Shown here: positions 48,211-50,450 of the stretch, in pieces | Layout of the letters: each line of letters begins with the position of its first letter | Position numbering within the stretch: position 1 is the stretch's first letter | From: Octopus bimaculoides | Lineage: Eukaryota | Length of the DNA: 50,450 bases | Direction of reading: 5' to 3' | Assembly (NCBI RefSeq): GCF_001194135.2 | Contig: NC_068986.1 | Location: 74,662,060-74,712,509, forward strand | The notes under the pieces: model-generated | The model's database searches: none | Seen by the model: only the letters and a program-made list of their open reading frames with translations | What the model was told of the DNA's origin: nothing | Program-made: the position numbers and the translations under genes

Positions 48211-48375
48211 TACGACAGGCTTCTTTCAGTTTCCGTCTACCAAATTCACTCACAAGGCTTTGGTCGGCCCGAGGCTAGAGCTAAAGACACTCGCCCAAGG
48301 TGTAACGCAGTGGGACTGAACCCGGAACCATGTGGTTGGTAAGCAAGCTACTTACCATACAGCCACTCCTGTGCC
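48211..48375 (-). mobile_element. SINE family A, 5' half, inverted relative to 47770-47917
   Basis: TACGACAGGCTTCTTTCAGTTTCCGTCTACCAAATTCACTCACAAGGCTTTGGTCGGCCCGAGGC...GCAGTGGGACTGAACCCGGAACCATGTGGTTGGTAAGCAAGCTACTTACCATACAGCCACTCCTGTGCC. Confidence 0.9.
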
Positions 48376-48432
48376 TATATATATATATATATATACACAA
48401 TACACAAACACACACACACACACACACACACG

Positions 48433-48651
48433 CACTCATCTGTCGATTACTGCGGGTGTTACGTTCCAAAATCACACGTGATGGGTGAAAATCCGAGAAG
48501 TAGAAACAGTACTGTATATTTTTTTAAAATTATTTTTATAATTTGTATGCATTTATTGTATTATAAATGCAAAACAACTCCACAGAGGAATCGACGTAAG
48601 CTTAAATAAGAAACCGCGATAAGTGAACCGCGATATGGCGAGGGATTATTG
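48433..48651. mobile_element. Tigger/pogo-like MITE (about 220 bp)
   Basis: The right end reverse complement CAATAATCCCTCGCCATATCGCGGTTCACTTATCGCGG is a CAGT-type pogo/Tigger terminus. The left end is degenerate: CACTCATCTGTCGATTACTGCGGGTGTTACGTTCC. Confidence 0.6.
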
Positions 48652-48668
48652 CATATGTATATGTGTAT

Positions 48669-48990
48669 ATAGCTCAGTGGTTAGAGCGTCGAGCTTACGA
48701 TCATGAAGTTGTGAGTTTGATTCCTGGACCGGGTTGCGTGTTGTGTTCTTGAGCAAGAAACTTTATTTCACGTTGCTCCAATTAACTCAGCCGTAGAAAT
48801 GAGTTGCACTCATTTGTGCCAAGCTGTATCGGCCTTTGCCTTTCCCTTGGATAGCATCAGTGGTGTGGAGAGGGGAGGCTGGTATGCATGGGCGACTACT
48901 GGCCTTCCACAAACAACCTTGCCCGGAATGTACCTCTGTAGTTAACTTTCTAGGTGCAATCCCATGGTTGTTCATGACCGAAGGGGGTCT
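48669..48990 (+). mobile_element. Full-length tRNA-derived SINE
   Basis: A box TAGCTCAGTGGTTAGAGCG, B-box-like GAGTTTGATTCCTGG, central TGTGTTCTTGAGCAAGAAACTTTATTTCACGTTGCTCCA, and 3' end TTCATGACCGAAGGGGGTCTC. Confidence 0.87.
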
Positions 48991-49017
48991 CCTCTTCCTC
49001 CTCTTATATATACATAT

Positions 49018-49064
<47 letters not shown>

Positions 49065-49415
49065 GTTTTAGGGAAAAGAACCAAGGTTCATGAACTCATC
49101 GATGAAAATCAACTGTCACATATAGAAAAATTAATAAGTAAAAGCACAATGAATTTAATCGAGTTTTTACCTGTAAATTTGGATTTTTATCCCTAATAAT
49201 ATTATTTTTATTATATATATGTATATATATATATATATAGAGTTATTAATATTTCTAAGTCTCTCTAAAGGAGACTACGGCAGCGGTACTGGAAATTAAT
49301 AGTTATCGCCAAGCCAACATGGCAGTCCCAAAATTAGGACGAAAGCTGCCGTGAATTAGCTCCAAGAAGCCATCGCCTCTAGCTAGCTATGTGACACACG
49401 AAACCTGTGTCCTTT

Positions 49416-49557
49416 ATAACCTTCGAACAGGGGAGGTCAGCAGTGTCCCCCTGCTGGTTTGGCATCTGCAGACTAGTTTCAGGGTGTTGCCCCTTGTCAA
49501 TGCAGAGCAGCCAAGCCTTAGCCAGGCGGCGCTGCTGACTATCTGCTCGAAGGTTAT
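49416..49557. mobile_element. Short palindromic MITE-like element (142 bp)
   Basis: Left ATAACCTTCGAACAG...GTCAGCAGTG versus the right-end reverse complement ATAACCTTCGAGCAG...GTCAGCAGCG: imperfect TIRs of about 30 bp. The right end abuts a gap, so the TSD cannot be read. Confidence 0.6.
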
Positions 49558-50313
49558 NNNNNNNNNNNNNNNNNNNNNNNNNNNNNNNNNNNNNNNNNNN
49601 NNNNNNNNNNNNNNNNNNNNNNNNNNNNNNNNNNNNNNNNNNNNNNNNNNNNNNNNNNNNNNNNNNNNNNNNNNNNNNNNNNNNNNNNNNNNNNNNNNNN
49701 NNNNNNNNNNNNNNNNNNNNNNNNNNNNNNNNNNNNNNNNNNNNNNNNNNNNNNNNNNNNNNNNNNNNNNNNNNNNNNNNNNNNNNNNNNNNNNNNNNNN
49801 NNNNNNNNNNNNNNNNNNNNNNNNNNNNNNNNNNNNNNNNNNNNNNNNNNNNNNNNNNNNNNNNNNNNNNNNNNNNNNNNNNNNNNNNNNNNNNNNNNNN
49901 NNNNNNNNNNNNNNNNNNNNNNNNNNNNNNNNNNNNNNNNNNNNNNNNNNNNNNNNNATATATATATATATACTAACGTAAGAGCGTTATCTTGAAAAAA
50001 AAGCAAACATACAGAAGCTTCGATGACTATTCAAAACGAACCAAACTTGAGAGAGGAAGCCCTAACTCAGAGAAACATATGACGCGGTGCAGTAAAATCC
50101 GAAACGAAGTAACCAACATCCTGTGTTACATGCCAGGCCCTGAAATGGAACCCCCAATAAAGGCAGAAGAGAAGATGTCCTAGAAATAGCTAGAAGAGGG
50201 GGTATTAAGACAGAGTTGAGAAAGTAAGGGTCCAACTAGTGAGCGGCAGAAAAGTGAGACTGGTGTCGAGAACGGTGGAGAAGAAAGTCGTCGATGGTCT
50301 GCACTCCGAAAAA

Positions 50314-50353
50314 TGAAGTGTGTGTGAATGCATGTGTATGTGATTATGGGTAC

Positions 50354-50384
<31 letters not shown>

Positions 50385-50414
50385 TGTATGTATGTATGTA
50401 TGTACGTATGTCTG

Positions 50415-50450
<36 letters not shown>
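50314..50450. repeat. (TATG)n and (TATC)n microsatellites
   Basis: Seen directly. Confidence 0.95.

Noticed and set aside
48669-48745. tRNA gene (likewise the heads at 11910-11991 and 6980-7055)
   Set aside because: A/B boxes are present but there is no complete cloverleaf, and the sequence runs into a SINE body.
49315-49355. GTCC-CAAAATTA-GGAC-GAAA, resembling hammerhead stem II plus GAAA
   Set aside because: The CUGANGA core is absent (CATGGCA instead). It is a simple hairpin inside a repeat.

Overview
AT-rich, repeat-saturated animal genomic DNA from a gapped draft assembly (16 N-gaps, about 6 kb, most flanked by microsatellites). The SINE families and microsatellite load look like an octopus (coleoid cephalopod) intron or intergenic region; this is an inference from recalled repeat families, not a database result. 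No intact, recognisable protein-coding gene, rRNA, tRNA gene or CRISPR array is present. Nearly all ORFs in the track are translations of simple repeats or gaps. DNA transposons supported by the sequence: a near full-length mariner (TA target duplication, TIRs, two nonsense codons), a truncated second copy, a decayed Buster/SPIN-type hAT, several MITEs and a Helentron-like non-autonomous element. Retroelements: three RLE-type (R4/Dong-like) LINE copies of different subfamilies, all tied to (TAA)n, two Penelope-like GIY-YIG fragments, an RTE-type 3' fragment and many tRNA-derived SINEs, several in inverted pairs. There is also a 6.4-kb composite trinucleotide block. The best candidates for something unexplained are all on the minus strand and unproven: a tandemly duplicated exon-like module with conserved splice signals and a conserved in-frame UGA (15985-16544), a frameshifted ORF built on a 9-aa repeat (18385-18773), and an MFS-transporter-like 68-nt candidate exon (10280-10347).
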